From: a virus
IMG/VR virus record: IMGVR_UViG_3300018083_000021
Length of the DNA: 36,479 nt
Strand: one strand, 5' to 3'
Shown: in pieces, positions 25,721 through 32,837 of the stretch
How the letters are laid out: each line of letters opens with the position of its first letter
How positions within the stretch are numbered: position 1 is the stretch's first letter
The notes under the pieces: model-generated
What the model saw: the letters and a program-made list of their open reading frames with translations, nothing else
The model's database searches: none
Told to the model about the DNA's origin: nothing
Position numbers and translations under genes: made by a program

Positions 25721-25789
25721 ATCACCCTGACGGAATCGAACCGCCATCTGTCGCTAACAGGCGACACTCTACCATTGAGCTAAGGGTGA
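25721..25789 (-). tRNA. tRNA-like gene with a non-canonical anticodon arm. The possible anticodon is GUU (Asn).
   Basis: The minus-strand sequence is TCACCCTTAGCTCAATGGTAGAGTGTCGCCTGTTAGCGACAGATGGCGGTTCGATTCCGTCAGGGTGA. The acceptor stem is TCACCCT/AGGGTGA. The D arm is GCTC-AATGGTA-GAGT. The T arm is GGCGG-TTCGATT-CCGTC. The anticodon arm folds only as a 6-bp stem with a 6-nt loop (CTGTTA), or a 5-bp stem with an 8-nt loop. The gene is 68 nt long with no encoded CCA. Confidence 0.6.
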
Positions 25790-25799
25790 ATAACCTGTA

Positions 25800-26303
25800 T
25801 TAAAAAGGTACATCATCATCCAAAACATCTTCCTGAAACTTAGGAATTGGCACTACATTAGCAGTAGGCTGTGCCACATTATCGCGCTTTAAATAATCTT
25901 CAATCTTATTCTTGTCAGGATAGCATGACCCAAAAGGCTTCCCATTTAGCCTATCTTCTGGAATTGGCTTTCCAGCGTCTATCCCGACCTTAACCCTGAC
26001 GCGCTTGCCAGTTATGGTTTCCGAACATAGTTTTCCAGCCTGATATGTCGGCATCATTCCAGCAGACCCCGCGCAGTGTACAATCTTCCACATCATGGCT
26101 TTCATGAACACCAGAAAGTCGCGTACTTCATGTGCTTTTCCTTCCGCGTCAAATACCGTGACGGTCATATCCATCATGTCATTGCCACTAGACGACACCT
26201 TGTCTTGTGAGGCACTTATGATTGCGTCATATTCGCCCTCTTTTATTAATTGAAATCTTTCTGCCATTGCCTCTTCTTCACTCATCGCTTGATATGCAAA
26301 CAT
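25800..26303 (-). CDS. DUF669-family protein (phage ssDNA-binding-type partner of Sak4-like ATPases)
   Basis: The N-terminal pattern is FQLIKEGEYDAIISASQDKVSSSGNDMMDMTVTVFD, and the gene lies directly downstream of an AAA_24-type ATPase. The acidic tail DDDVPF resembles an SSB tail. Confidence 0.65.
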   Translation of the reverse strand: MFAYQAMSEEEAMAERFQLIKEGEYDAIISASQDKVSSSGNDMMDMTVTVFDAEGKAHEVRDFLVFMKAMMWKIVHCAGSAGMMPTYQAGKLCSETITGKRVRVKVGIDAGKPIPEDRLNGKPFGSCYPDKNKIEDYLKRDNVAQPTANVVPIPKFQEDVLDDDVPF

Positions 26304-26305
26304 CC

Positions 26306-27151
26306 TTATTCTCCTTTTATTTTACTTTTTAAGTGGTCAATGCATTTTTGTATCGCATCGCGTGGCATTTCTTCCCATCGGTCACTGCTTGCTTTGTCTA
26401 ACCATTTTTGATACATTTCTGGCGGCACTTTAATTAAGTCTATAAGTCGCAGAAGCTCGGCCACTTGCTCAACTGTCGCAAGTTCTTGCGCAATTGCATC
26501 GCGCTCCAATACTTCACGCCCGTAACGTTTCGCAATCTCATCGTATGAAAAAGGGAAACTTTCACTATCTGGAAACTGCTCTATACGTGACTTTTTAATC
26601 AATCCTACGCGGTCTGTTCCACGCTTTTGTATTTCAAATACCAAATCAAATAAGTAATCCAGCTTTTTATAACAATCAAATGTCTGTCCTAAAACCGCCA
26701 AATTCTTACCGTACTCATTCTTGCTATGTGACGTGATAATAACGTTCATATCTAATCGGAACAACAGGTTTAAAAGCTGCTTCATGCGCTTATTAGCTTC
26801 GCCATAATGACGACCAAATTCACTGCCTACCTTAATTTCTGCCTTCTCAAGAAGGTCATTATAAAGCAGCGTTAGAGAATCTATAATCAATGTCTTGTAA
26901 TCGTGTTGAGTTGTTAGAAGCTCTCGAACTTCGTTAACCATCTCATCAAAATCAACGGTCATAAGTACCGCGCCATCTACTTTTTCAATCTGCCTTACAT
27001 ACTGCGGCTTATTAGTCGACCCCTCAGTATCAATAATATAAGGCTTCGGAAACTGAATAGCTGCCATCGTTTTACCGACCCCGGCAGAACCATAAAATAA
27101 GCACTTAAGACGCTGTTCAATCATCGCTGGTTTCTTTGCTTTTAAAGCCAT
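26306..27151 (-). CDS. AAA_24 / Sak4-like RecA-fold ATPase (recombination)
   Basis: The Walker A motif is FYGSAGVGKT and the Walker B motif is KTLIIDSLT. The segment PYIIDTEGST is typical of AAA_24. GAGGA lies upstream. Confidence 0.75.
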   Translation of the reverse strand: MALKAKKPAMIEQRLKCLFYGSAGVGKTMAAIQFPKPYIIDTEGSTNKPQYVRQIEKVDGAVLMTVDFDEMVNEVRELLTTQHDYKTLIIDSLTLLYNDLLEKAEIKVGSEFGRHYGEANKRMKQLLNLLFRLDMNVIITSHSKNEYGKNLAVLGQTFDCYKKLDYLFDLVFEIQKRGTDRVGLIKKSRIEQFPDSESFPFSYDEIAKRYGREVLERDAIAQELATVEQVAELLRLIDLIKVPPEMYQKWLDKASSDRWEEMPRDAIQKCIDHLKSKIKGE

Positions 27152-27192
27152 GTCTACATCCTCACTAGTTTAATTATGCCAATTTAATGGCT

Positions 27193-27251
27193 GCGGTATA
27201 TCCCCGATGCGCACGTGTTGTGCGCATAAGTGCGCATAAGGCATATACCGC
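27193..27251 (-). promoter_or_regulatory. Structured intergenic element: an outer 9-bp stem enclosing mutually exclusive inner hairpins and three TGCGCA palindromes
   Basis: The outer stem is GCGGTATAT (27193-27201) / ATATACCGC (27243-27251). ATGCGCAC (27207-27214) can pair with GTGCGCAT at 27220-27227 or at 27230-27237. GTGCGCATAA is tandemly duplicated. The element lies between the stop of the 27251 gene and the SD of the ATPase gene. Confidence 0.5.
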
Positions 27252-27748
27252 TAATCATCTAGGTCTTGTTCTCGTCTCTCTTCCTCAAGAGCTATTAAAT
27301 ATTCATCACAAGCTTCATCGAGCAATTCTTGCAACGAGCTTGCATAATAAGACACAATATTAAAACGCACTACATCAGCAAATTTAACTCTATTGCTCAC
27401 ACTATCGTCTTTAAGCATCGCAAGAAGCGCACATGTATACGCATTATCAATCAACATATCACTGCCATGTACACATTCGCTCAACTCTCTACCCGTGAAC
27501 TCTATATAAAGCCGTGCAAGCTCTCCCTGCTCATCTTCTGGCAAATCATCAAGATTCAATGTGTAAGATAAATCATCATAATTTGCGTATGTTGAAACCA
27601 ATTCTTCAATGTAATTAGATAACCTTTTTTCATGGCTCATAAATGTCATTTCCTTGACAAATTCCACGCCCAAATCGAACGGGTCATCATTCCTTGATGA
27701 AAGTTGTTGATTTTTAATATTCTCTTCTGCTAATCTTTGTTGGTTCAT
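27251..27748 (-). CDS. Acidic early protein (165 aa), function unknown
   Basis: It is the second gene of the early arm, visibly rich in D/E, and ends EEERREQDLDD. Confidence 0.55.
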   Translation of the reverse strand: MNQQRLAEENIKNQQLSSRNDDPFDLGVEFVKEMTFMSHEKRLSNYIEELVSTYANYDDLSYTLNLDDLPEDEQGELARLYIEFTGRELSECVHGSDMLIDNAYTCALLAMLKDDSVSNRVKFADVVRFNIVSYYASSLQELLDEACDEYLIALEEERREQDLDD

Positions 27749-27779
27749 GTTTATATCCTAGTCCGATATTACAGTACAT

Positions 27780-27811
27780 TGAGGCGCACAGATTGCAGTC
27801 CGAGCGCCTCA
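27780..27811 (-). terminator. Hairpin between the RHH gene and the acidic-protein gene, a possible attenuator or weak terminator
   Basis: TGAGGCGC (27780-27787) pairs with GCGCCTCA (27804-27811), giving an 8-bp stem and a 16-nt loop. No clear U-run follows. Confidence 0.3.
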
Positions 27812-27819
27812 CCTAATTC

Positions 27820-28002
27820 TTACGTGTTATTTTTCTTATCAAGTCTCGCCTTGTACTTCGTCAAACACTTAACTACAGTTGCACCCATCGGTTCGCCTGT
27901 CGTGAACGAATGAAGCCTCAAAAAATCCCACAGCTCAGAAGGCATTCTTAAACTAAAATTCTTCAAGATACTCCCATCAACAATCTTTGGTCTACCCGCC
28001 AT
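27820..28002 (-). CDS. Ribbon-helix-helix (CopG/Arc-like) DNA-binding protein, first gene of the early arm
   Basis: KNFSLRMPSELWDFLRLHSFTTGEPMGATVVKCL fits a beta-strand plus two-helix RHH layout. The gene borders the divergent regulatory hub. Confidence 0.55.
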   Translation of the reverse strand: MAGRPKIVDGSILKNFSLRMPSELWDFLRLHSFTTGEPMGATVVKCLTKYKARLDKKNNT

Positions 28003-28292
28003 AATCTACCCCTTTAAATTTATTGTTATTTGCTGAATGAAACAATTATTGCATTAATTAATTCAGTGCGCAAGCATTTTTAATAAAAAATAGAAAAATA
28101 TCTTAATTAAAAGTTAGAAGTGTATTATTATGTTTGGAATATTGAAGATTTGACTTTGTAAAAGAAGATTTATAGTGCAGAATACTGATTAGTAGCAGCA
28201 AGGTACATCATGTTTCGCTTGCTGCGCGAAATTTATATTGATTGAGTGACACCGACCAAAGTTGAACTCAACCATTTTTACTACCGGATGCC
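28003..28292. promoter_or_regulatory. Divergent early regulatory hub (AT-rich, 290 bp)
   Basis: On the plus strand, TTGACT (28150-28155) is followed 15 nt later by TATAGT (28171-28176). TTAATTAA palindromes lie at 28054-28061 and 28103-28110. A hairpin, GCAGCAAG/CTTGCTGC, spans 28195-28225. Confidence 0.4.
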
Positions 28293-28316
28293 TTGTTTTG
28301 GCGAAGTTACGGCTTG

Positions 28317-29372
28317 ATGCATCCAACATCAGAGGCAATTATAGCGATGAATGAGCACGACTACAACCACCCTTTATATATAAATACTCCTTACTTTGTT
28401 TTACAAGACGAAAAACTATCCTTCTTTAACAAATTCTTATTCTCTTTATTCTGGAGTTTTTCTTTATCTGGAAAAAAAATAAAGACCAGCAATGACTATC
28501 TGGCCACATTATTTCAAGTAGATTCCTCGTATATTGGAAAATGCATAAAAGAGCTGGAGGATATGGGTTATATAAAAAGATTAACATTAAAATACAAAAG
28601 AATTATCCAAGTATTACACATCCCATATGATCCAATAGAACGCGGTGACATGAATTTAGATCACCGAGAACCAACAGATTGCAAACAAAATGAACTGCAT
28701 ACTCTTAAAGTAGTACCCAGTATAAAAAATATACTGCCTCCTCCAGATACGTCTTTTATGTCCTCCAATACGAGGATCGAACCTCCGCCAATTGGAGGAA
28801 CAGATATTAAAGCTTATAATAAAGATAATAAAGATAAAAGAAGCCCCGAAACGCCTTCGGCTAATTCGGTGGATAAAATTTCATTTTTAACTCAAGAAGA
28901 AATGATAAATGATAATCCTCACAACATTGACCCAAAGATATTTGAAGAATGGCTTTTTATTCGTAAAAGGAAAAAAGCCCCTCTCACTCACACAGCATGG
29001 AATAGAACCAATAAGGTTCTAACGAAGCTCGTTAACAGCGGTCTAGATGCCATTGACTGCTTTGAACGCATGGTTGCTAACGGATGGCAAGGCATGGAGT
29101 ACAAGTATTTCGAACAAGAGATAAAATCAACCACAGTTACAAGCAAAGCAGATACAGACAAGGAAATACGAGCACGTGAACTTAAAGCACAAGAGATGAA
29201 ACGACAAGAATTCGAAACGTCCAATGGGATTATGAAAAGCATCACTCATACAATAAATTTTGAGGCAGAGCTTAGACGTGCCGAGGAAGAGCGCCAAATA
29301 CTTGGAATGGATAGACTTGAATACCACAATTACACAATGCAACAACATAAACAAAAAACCATGACAGGATGA
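28317..29372 (+). CDS. Putative replication initiator / replisome organiser (N-terminal winged-helix, C-terminal DnaD/DnaT-like region)
   Basis: The wHTH-like N-terminal segment is SNDYLATLFQVDSSYIGKCIKELEDMGYIKR. The C-terminal segment is IFEEWLFIRKRKKAPLTHTAWNRTNKVL...NGWQGMEY. The start is uncertain: TTG 28293, ATG 28317 or ATG 28347. Confidence 0.5.
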   Translation: MHPTSEAIIAMNEHDYNHPLYINTPYFVLQDEKLSFFNKFLFSLFWSFSLSGKKIKTSNDYLATLFQVDSSYIGKCIKELEDMGYIKRLTLKYKRIIQVLHIPYDPIERGDMNLDHREPTDCKQNELHTLKVVPSIKNILPPPDTSFMSSNTRIEPPPIGGTDIKAYNKDNKDKRSPETPSANSVDKISFLTQEEMINDNPHNIDPKIFEEWLFIRKRKKAPLTHTAWNRTNKVLTKLVNSGLDAIDCFERMVANGWQGMEYKYFEQEIKSTTVTSKADTDKEIRARELKAQEMKRQEFETSNGIMKSITHTINFEAELRRAEEERQILGMDRLEYHNYTMQQHKQKTMTG

Positions 29373-29375
29373 CAT

Positions 29376-29606
29376 ATGAATAAAGGGCTATGGATAGCCA
29401 GAAAGAACCACCTGTGCTGCATGATCAAGATTATATCTGATAACTATGGTGGCGATGAACGAGAGTGGCTTAAAGGCCATTGTGTGGAGCTTTTAGGGAA
29501 ATACCAAGGAGATGACATTGAAACGCCTATTGCGGTTTATCAGAAAATTATTGATTCGCACATACATACAGTTAACGGATGGACAAAATGTAAAGGACGA
29601 CAATGA
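29376..29606 (+). CDS. Hypothetical protein (76 aa)
   Basis: The ORF is tightly packed and overlaps the next gene by 4 nt. Confidence 0.55.
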   Translation: MNKGLWIARKNHLCCMIKIISDNYGGDEREWLKGHCVELLGKYQGDDIETPIAVYQKIIDSHIHTVNGWTKCKGRQ

Positions 29607-29986
29607 TAAAGTTACCGATTCCATCGGAAAACCAAGAACAACGCGCGCTCGTAAAGTGGTTAAGCTACCACCCAATTGTTCGTAACTTTTATTGTAAAAA
29701 TAACAATGAAGGCAAACGCACCGAACAACAAGGGTTTAATTTGAAGTTAATGGGGTTGCGACCGGGTGTCAGTGATATCCTGATTTACTATCCAACGAAT
29801 ACTTATCATGGGTTGTTTTTGGAAGTGAAGCGCAATAAAAAGTACACGCCGTCTGAGATGAAAACAGCTACATGGATTGCGCAAGAAGAATTCCTAAAAT
29901 TGGTAAAAAGTGTTGGATATCATGGGGCTGTGTGCTATGGTTGGGAAGAAGGTAAAAAAATTATCGAAGCTTATCTCCTGACGTAA
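29603..29986 (+). CDS. VRR-NUC domain nuclease
   Basis: The motifs ENQEQRALVKWL, ...GLRPGVSDILIYY and ...GLFLEVKR match the E..Q...v.wl / G...G.PDl / lE.K layout of VRR-NUC. Confidence 0.7.
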   Translation: MIKLPIPSENQEQRALVKWLSYHPIVRNFYCKNNNEGKRTEQQGFNLKLMGLRPGVSDILIYYPTNTYHGLFLEVKRNKKYTPSEMKTATWIAQEEFLKLVKSVGYHGAVCYGWEEGKKIIEAYLLT

Positions 29987-30029
29987 TTTTATTGTTGTGC
30001 CGTTCATAGTAAGACTCCTTGTTAGTTTT

Positions 30030-30052
30030 AAGCCCTAGAAATAGGGCTTTTT
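30030..30052 (+). terminator. Rho-independent terminator
   Basis: AAGCCCT-AGAAAT-AGGGCTT is followed by TTT. It lies between the convergent genes ending at 29986 (+) and 30055 (-). Confidence 0.7.
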
Positions 30053-30054
30053 AG

Positions 30055-30252
30055 TTATCTGTCCAGCAAATCATCAATAGCCTCTTGTTCTGTACTTCCT
30101 TCTCCTGACGGGCATCCATGCGATGTTTCATAGTCAATTGGCGTTGGGTCATAATCATCATAGGTTGCCACCCATGGACAACATCCCCAAAAAGCCCTGT
30201 CATGACAATAATATGTGTGTATTGTTTCGTTGTTTATTATGTGTATGTTCAT
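30055..30252 (-). CDS. Small Cys/Trp-rich protein (65 aa), paralog A
   Basis: It shares the pattern C..R.[FY]W.C..W[VI]A.[YF]D[DN]YD..PID[YH]ET...P.G.G.TEQEAID[DN]LL with the next gene. Confidence 0.6.
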   Translation of the reverse strand: MNIHIINNETIHTYYCHDRAFWGCCPWVATYDDYDPTPIDYETSHGCPSGEGSTEQEAIDDLLDR

Positions 30253-30269
30253 CGTTTGCCTCTTTATCG

Positions 30270-30476
30270 TTAATTATTAAATGGACTGCCTTCGGAAGAA
30301 TTCCCAGCCAGTAAATTGTCAATGGCCTCTTGTTCGGTTCTTCCAAAACCAATTGGATCGGCACTAGGTGTTTCATGGTCGATAGGAATCCCATCATAAT
30401 TATCAAAAATGGCTATCCATCTATCGCAATTCCAATATTTGCGTGAATTATCGCATTTAGTAATAATACGATTCAT
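30270..30476 (-). CDS. Small Cys/Trp-rich protein (68 aa), paralog B
   Basis: The product starts MNRIITKCDNSRKYWNCDRWIAIFDNYDGIPIDHET and contains ...GFGRTEQEAIDNLL. GGAG lies 8 nt upstream of ATG 30476. Confidence 0.6.
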   Translation of the reverse strand: MNRIITKCDNSRKYWNCDRWIAIFDNYDGIPIDHETPSADPIGFGRTEQEAIDNLLAGNSSEGSPFNN

Positions 30477-30478
30477 AT

Positions 30479-30646
30479 TTATTTCTCCGGGAAAATTACA
30501 CAATTCTTTAAATGTATTAAGTCTTTTGGATTATCATCTATTATTTTATAAAATTCCTCTTTGCTAAGTCCAGAATGCAATTTATTCAATGCATCCTCTA
30601 TATTTCTTTCTGCTCTATTTATGTCGTCTAGTATGAAGTGGTTCAT
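30479..30646 (-). CDS. Small ORF (55 aa), first gene of the minus-strand islet, missing from the track
   Basis: The product is MNHFILDDINRAERNIEDALNKLHSGLSKEEFYKIIDDNPKDLIHLKNCVIFPEK. Its stop lies 2 nt before the next ATG. Confidence 0.5.
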   Translation of the reverse strand: MNHFILDDINRAERNIEDALNKLHSGLSKEEFYKIIDDNPKDLIHLKNCVIFPEK

Positions 30647-30789
30647 CTTTATCTCTCTATGTTGTAATTAAGTAATGTATGCATTATTGCATTAAATAAT
30701 ACACGGGTCAACAGTTATTTTTAATTATTTTGATTTATTTTTAAATCGTGTGCTAAGCTTAAGATAACTAAGACAAAAGGATGTTGTTA

Positions 30790-31203
30790 ATGCCAAAGTT
30801 TAGTCAGGCTTCCTTCTCGAAGCTCTCAAGCTGTCACATAGATTTACAAGTATTGTTCTACGAGGTCATTAAAAACTTCGATTGCACGATACTGGAAGGT
30901 CATCGGGATGAAAAAGAACAAGAAGAAGCCTTTCTTAAAGGCAACACAAAGATTCATTGGCCATATGGCAAGCACAACAAGATTCCGTCAATGGCTGTAG
31001 ATGTAATCCCATATCCTGTCAATTTCGATGATGCGAAGCTTCATATTTGGTTTGGTGGTTATGTACAGGGTATCGCACAAAGATTGAAGGATGAGGGAAA
31101 AATGAGCCATTCAGTGCGTTGGGGTGGGGCATGGGATGGATTAGGTAAACTAGATAGACCAGGGCAATTGAATGATGCGGTGCATTTCGAACTTGTGGAG
31201 TAA
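30790..31203 (+). CDS. Endolysin, peptidase M15 (VanY / L-alanyl-D-glutamate peptidase-like)
   Basis: The motifs are GHRDEKEQEEAF, ...SMAVDVIPYP and ...NDAVHFEL (H-x6-D ... D-x-x-H zinc ligands). AAGG lies 9 nt upstream of ATG 30790. The track start is 30781. Confidence 0.75.
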   Translation: MPKFSQASFSKLSSCHIDLQVLFYEVIKNFDCTILEGHRDEKEQEEAFLKGNTKIHWPYGKHNKIPSMAVDVIPYPVNFDDAKLHIWFGGYVQGIAQRLKDEGKMSHSVRWGGAWDGLGKLDRPGQLNDAVHFELVE

Positions 31204-31226
31204 ATAGTAGTAGCGGAGGGTTAGCT

Positions 31227-31445
31227 ATGAAAAAGCTGCGTAAGTACGTTAAATCTCGGCGTGATATTGTAATAACTGCGCCATTACTGTTATGTTTCGT
31301 TACATTCTTATTTAATTTTGTGTCTGCGATTAAGAAGGGTAATATTGATAGCACGGCATTTAGCCAGCTTATGACGACTGTTGATGGCTTTGGTACAGTG
31401 TGCAGTGCTATAATAATGCTAGTAATGCGTCGTAAAAAAAAGTAA
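31227..31445 (+). CDS. Putative holin (72 aa, two TM helices, basic C-terminus)
   Basis: The TM segments are VITAPLLLCFVTFLFNFVSAI and GFGTVCSAIIMLVM, followed by RRKKK. The gene lies directly after the endolysin. Confidence 0.55.
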   Translation: MKKLRKYVKSRRDIVITAPLLLCFVTFLFNFVSAIKKGNIDSTAFSQLMTTVDGFGTVCSAIIMLVMRRKKK

Positions 31446-31481
31446 TATTCGATTATTCAATGCATTAAAGGATTAATGACT

Positions 31482-31937
31482 ATGGCAGGAAAGCCTAATC
31501 CACCAAAGGTCTATGCCACAGAACCTGTAGGCAGGCCATCTAAATTCACTCCAGAAATACGCAATGGTATCATTCATGCAGTTTCAAGACGCGTCCCTTA
31601 TTGTTTAGCCGCCGAGGCCAACGGTATATCAGAGCCAACGTTATATGCGTGGATTAACATCGGCAAGCAGCATTTAAAGGACGGAATTGAGTCAGATTAT
31701 ACAATGTTTATTAAGTCCTTAAAAGTTGCTGAAATGTCCCGCATGATGGAGCATACGGATAAAATAGCCGATCATGTCGATAAATGGCAAGCTGACGCAT
31801 GGCTTCTTGAGCGTAGATGGCATAAGGACTGGAGTGCAAACGCACAACTCAATGAACTCAATCAAAAACTTGATACCCTCTTAGACGGTGGAACTAATGA
31901 AAAACTCAGAAAAAAAGAAGATGATGAAGAAGCATGA
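31482..31937 (+). CDS. terS: Terminase small subunit (HTH type)
   Basis: GRPSKFTPEIRNGIIHAVSRRVPYCLAAEANGISEPTLYAWINIG matches the GRPtkyTPE...HTH...Tly.W signature of many small terminases. AGGA lies 9 nt upstream of ATG 31482. The track start is 31476. Confidence 0.65.
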   Translation: MAGKPNPPKVYATEPVGRPSKFTPEIRNGIIHAVSRRVPYCLAAEANGISEPTLYAWINIGKQHLKDGIESDYTMFIKSLKVAEMSRMMEHTDKIADHVDKWQADAWLLERRWHKDWSANAQLNELNQKLDTLLDGGTNEKLRKKEDDEEA

Positions 31938-32027
31938 GAAGAAAATGCATGAACATCTTGAGAAGCACTTGCATGAGAAGCCAAAGGCTATGAAATCATC
32001 AAAAAAGAAAGACCGCGGATATTAATA

Positions 32028-32258
32028 GTGAATGATTTTAAAGCGGGCGATGATGCGTGGTATTTTACATTTCCTGAGGACGGCTGTGGTGGATATGATA
32101 TTGATGACATAGAGCTTGGCGCAACTTATAATCTGCTGCAAGTTACTATAAACCGTAATCCATTTTTGTCCTTTGCCTATAAAAGTAAGGACGAGGCATT
32201 TAAAGCCATGAGAGAAAAAATAGATAAACTGGAACAATCAAAACCAAGGGAGTGGTAA
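32028..32258 (+). CDS. Hypothetical protein (76 aa), GTG start
   Basis: The ORF has no in-frame ATG near its 5' end and is packed with its neighbours. Confidence 0.45.
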   Translation: MNDFKAGDDAWYFTFPEDGCGGYDIDDIELGATYNLLQVTINRNPFLSFAYKSKDEAFKAMREKIDKLEQSKPREW

Positions 32259-32259
32259 A

Positions 32260-32448
32260 ATGGGTGCTAAATACACATCAAACAAGCCAGACGGATACAT
32301 GCGTACACGCAATAATATCTATCTTGAGCGTGAATCTTTACAGCAAACAAGAACATTTGCAGAAGCCGGAGCAAGTCGTAACTTGCCAGCCCAGAGCAAA
32401 GAAAATTATGGCAAGGATGATATAAGCGGGAAAATATTTAACAAATAA
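32260..32448 (+). CDS. Hypothetical protein (62 aa)
   Basis: The ATG lies 1 nt after the previous stop, with GGGAG upstream. Confidence 0.5.
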   Translation: MGAKYTSNKPDGYMRTRNNIYLERESLQQTRTFAEAGASRNLPAQSKENYGKDDISGKIFNK

Positions 32449-32457
32449 GGATTAATT

Positions 32458-32601
32458 ATGCCATTAGTCAAGGGCGCTAAAGCTCGCACAAAGAAAGGCT
32501 TCTCAACTAACGTTAAGCGTGAGATGGAGGCGGGGAAAAAGCATTCTCAAGCTGTCGCTATTGCTTACTCAGAAGCTGGTGAGAAGAAGAAGAAAAAGTA
32601 A
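32458..32601 (+). CDS. Small basic protein (47 aa), missing from the track
   Basis: The product is MPLVKGAKARTKKGFSTNVKREMEAGKKHSQAVAIAYSEAGEKKKKK. AAGGA lies upstream. I recall the K.SqAvAIAySEAGk motif as a recurrent small phage/bacterial protein. Confidence 0.55.
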   Translation: MPLVKGAKARTKKGFSTNVKREMEAGKKHSQAVAIAYSEAGEKKKKK

Positions 32602-32651
32602 CACCCATTGACCTGTCACGGAAGACTCAAGCATTCACAAAGGACTTAACC

Positions 32652-32837
32652 ATGGCTGTCATACAAAATACGTGGATAGAAAAGCAAAAGAAGAAGAAAG
32701 AACTAGAAACCGCGCCTGCATTTGAAGCAGCCCCCACAGACAACTGGCTACCCATCGATACTAAGAAGCCTGTCAAACGCCATACAAGTGCCTCACGTGG
32801 CACATACAAGCACTCCCTGAGAGGCATTCGAAAATGA
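32652..32837 (+). CDS. Hypothetical basic protein (61 aa)
   Basis: An ATGA overlap links it to the next gene. Confidence 0.5.
   Translation: MAVIQNTWIEKQKKKKELETAPAFEAAPTDNWLPIDTKKPVKRHTSASRGTYKHSLRGIRK

Noticed and set aside
25721-25789. The tRNA-like gene as a possible attP or integration site.
   Set aside because: I found no integrase or recombinase anywhere in the genome, and no flanking direct repeats.
31921-32025. A 34-aa His/Lys-rich ORF (MMKKHEKKMHEHLEKHLHEKPKAMKSSKKKDRGY) that overlaps the terS 3' end.
   Set aside because: It is very short and low in complexity, has no clear SD, and arises in an AAG/GAA-rich stretch where such frames occur by chance. I kept it only as a possibility.
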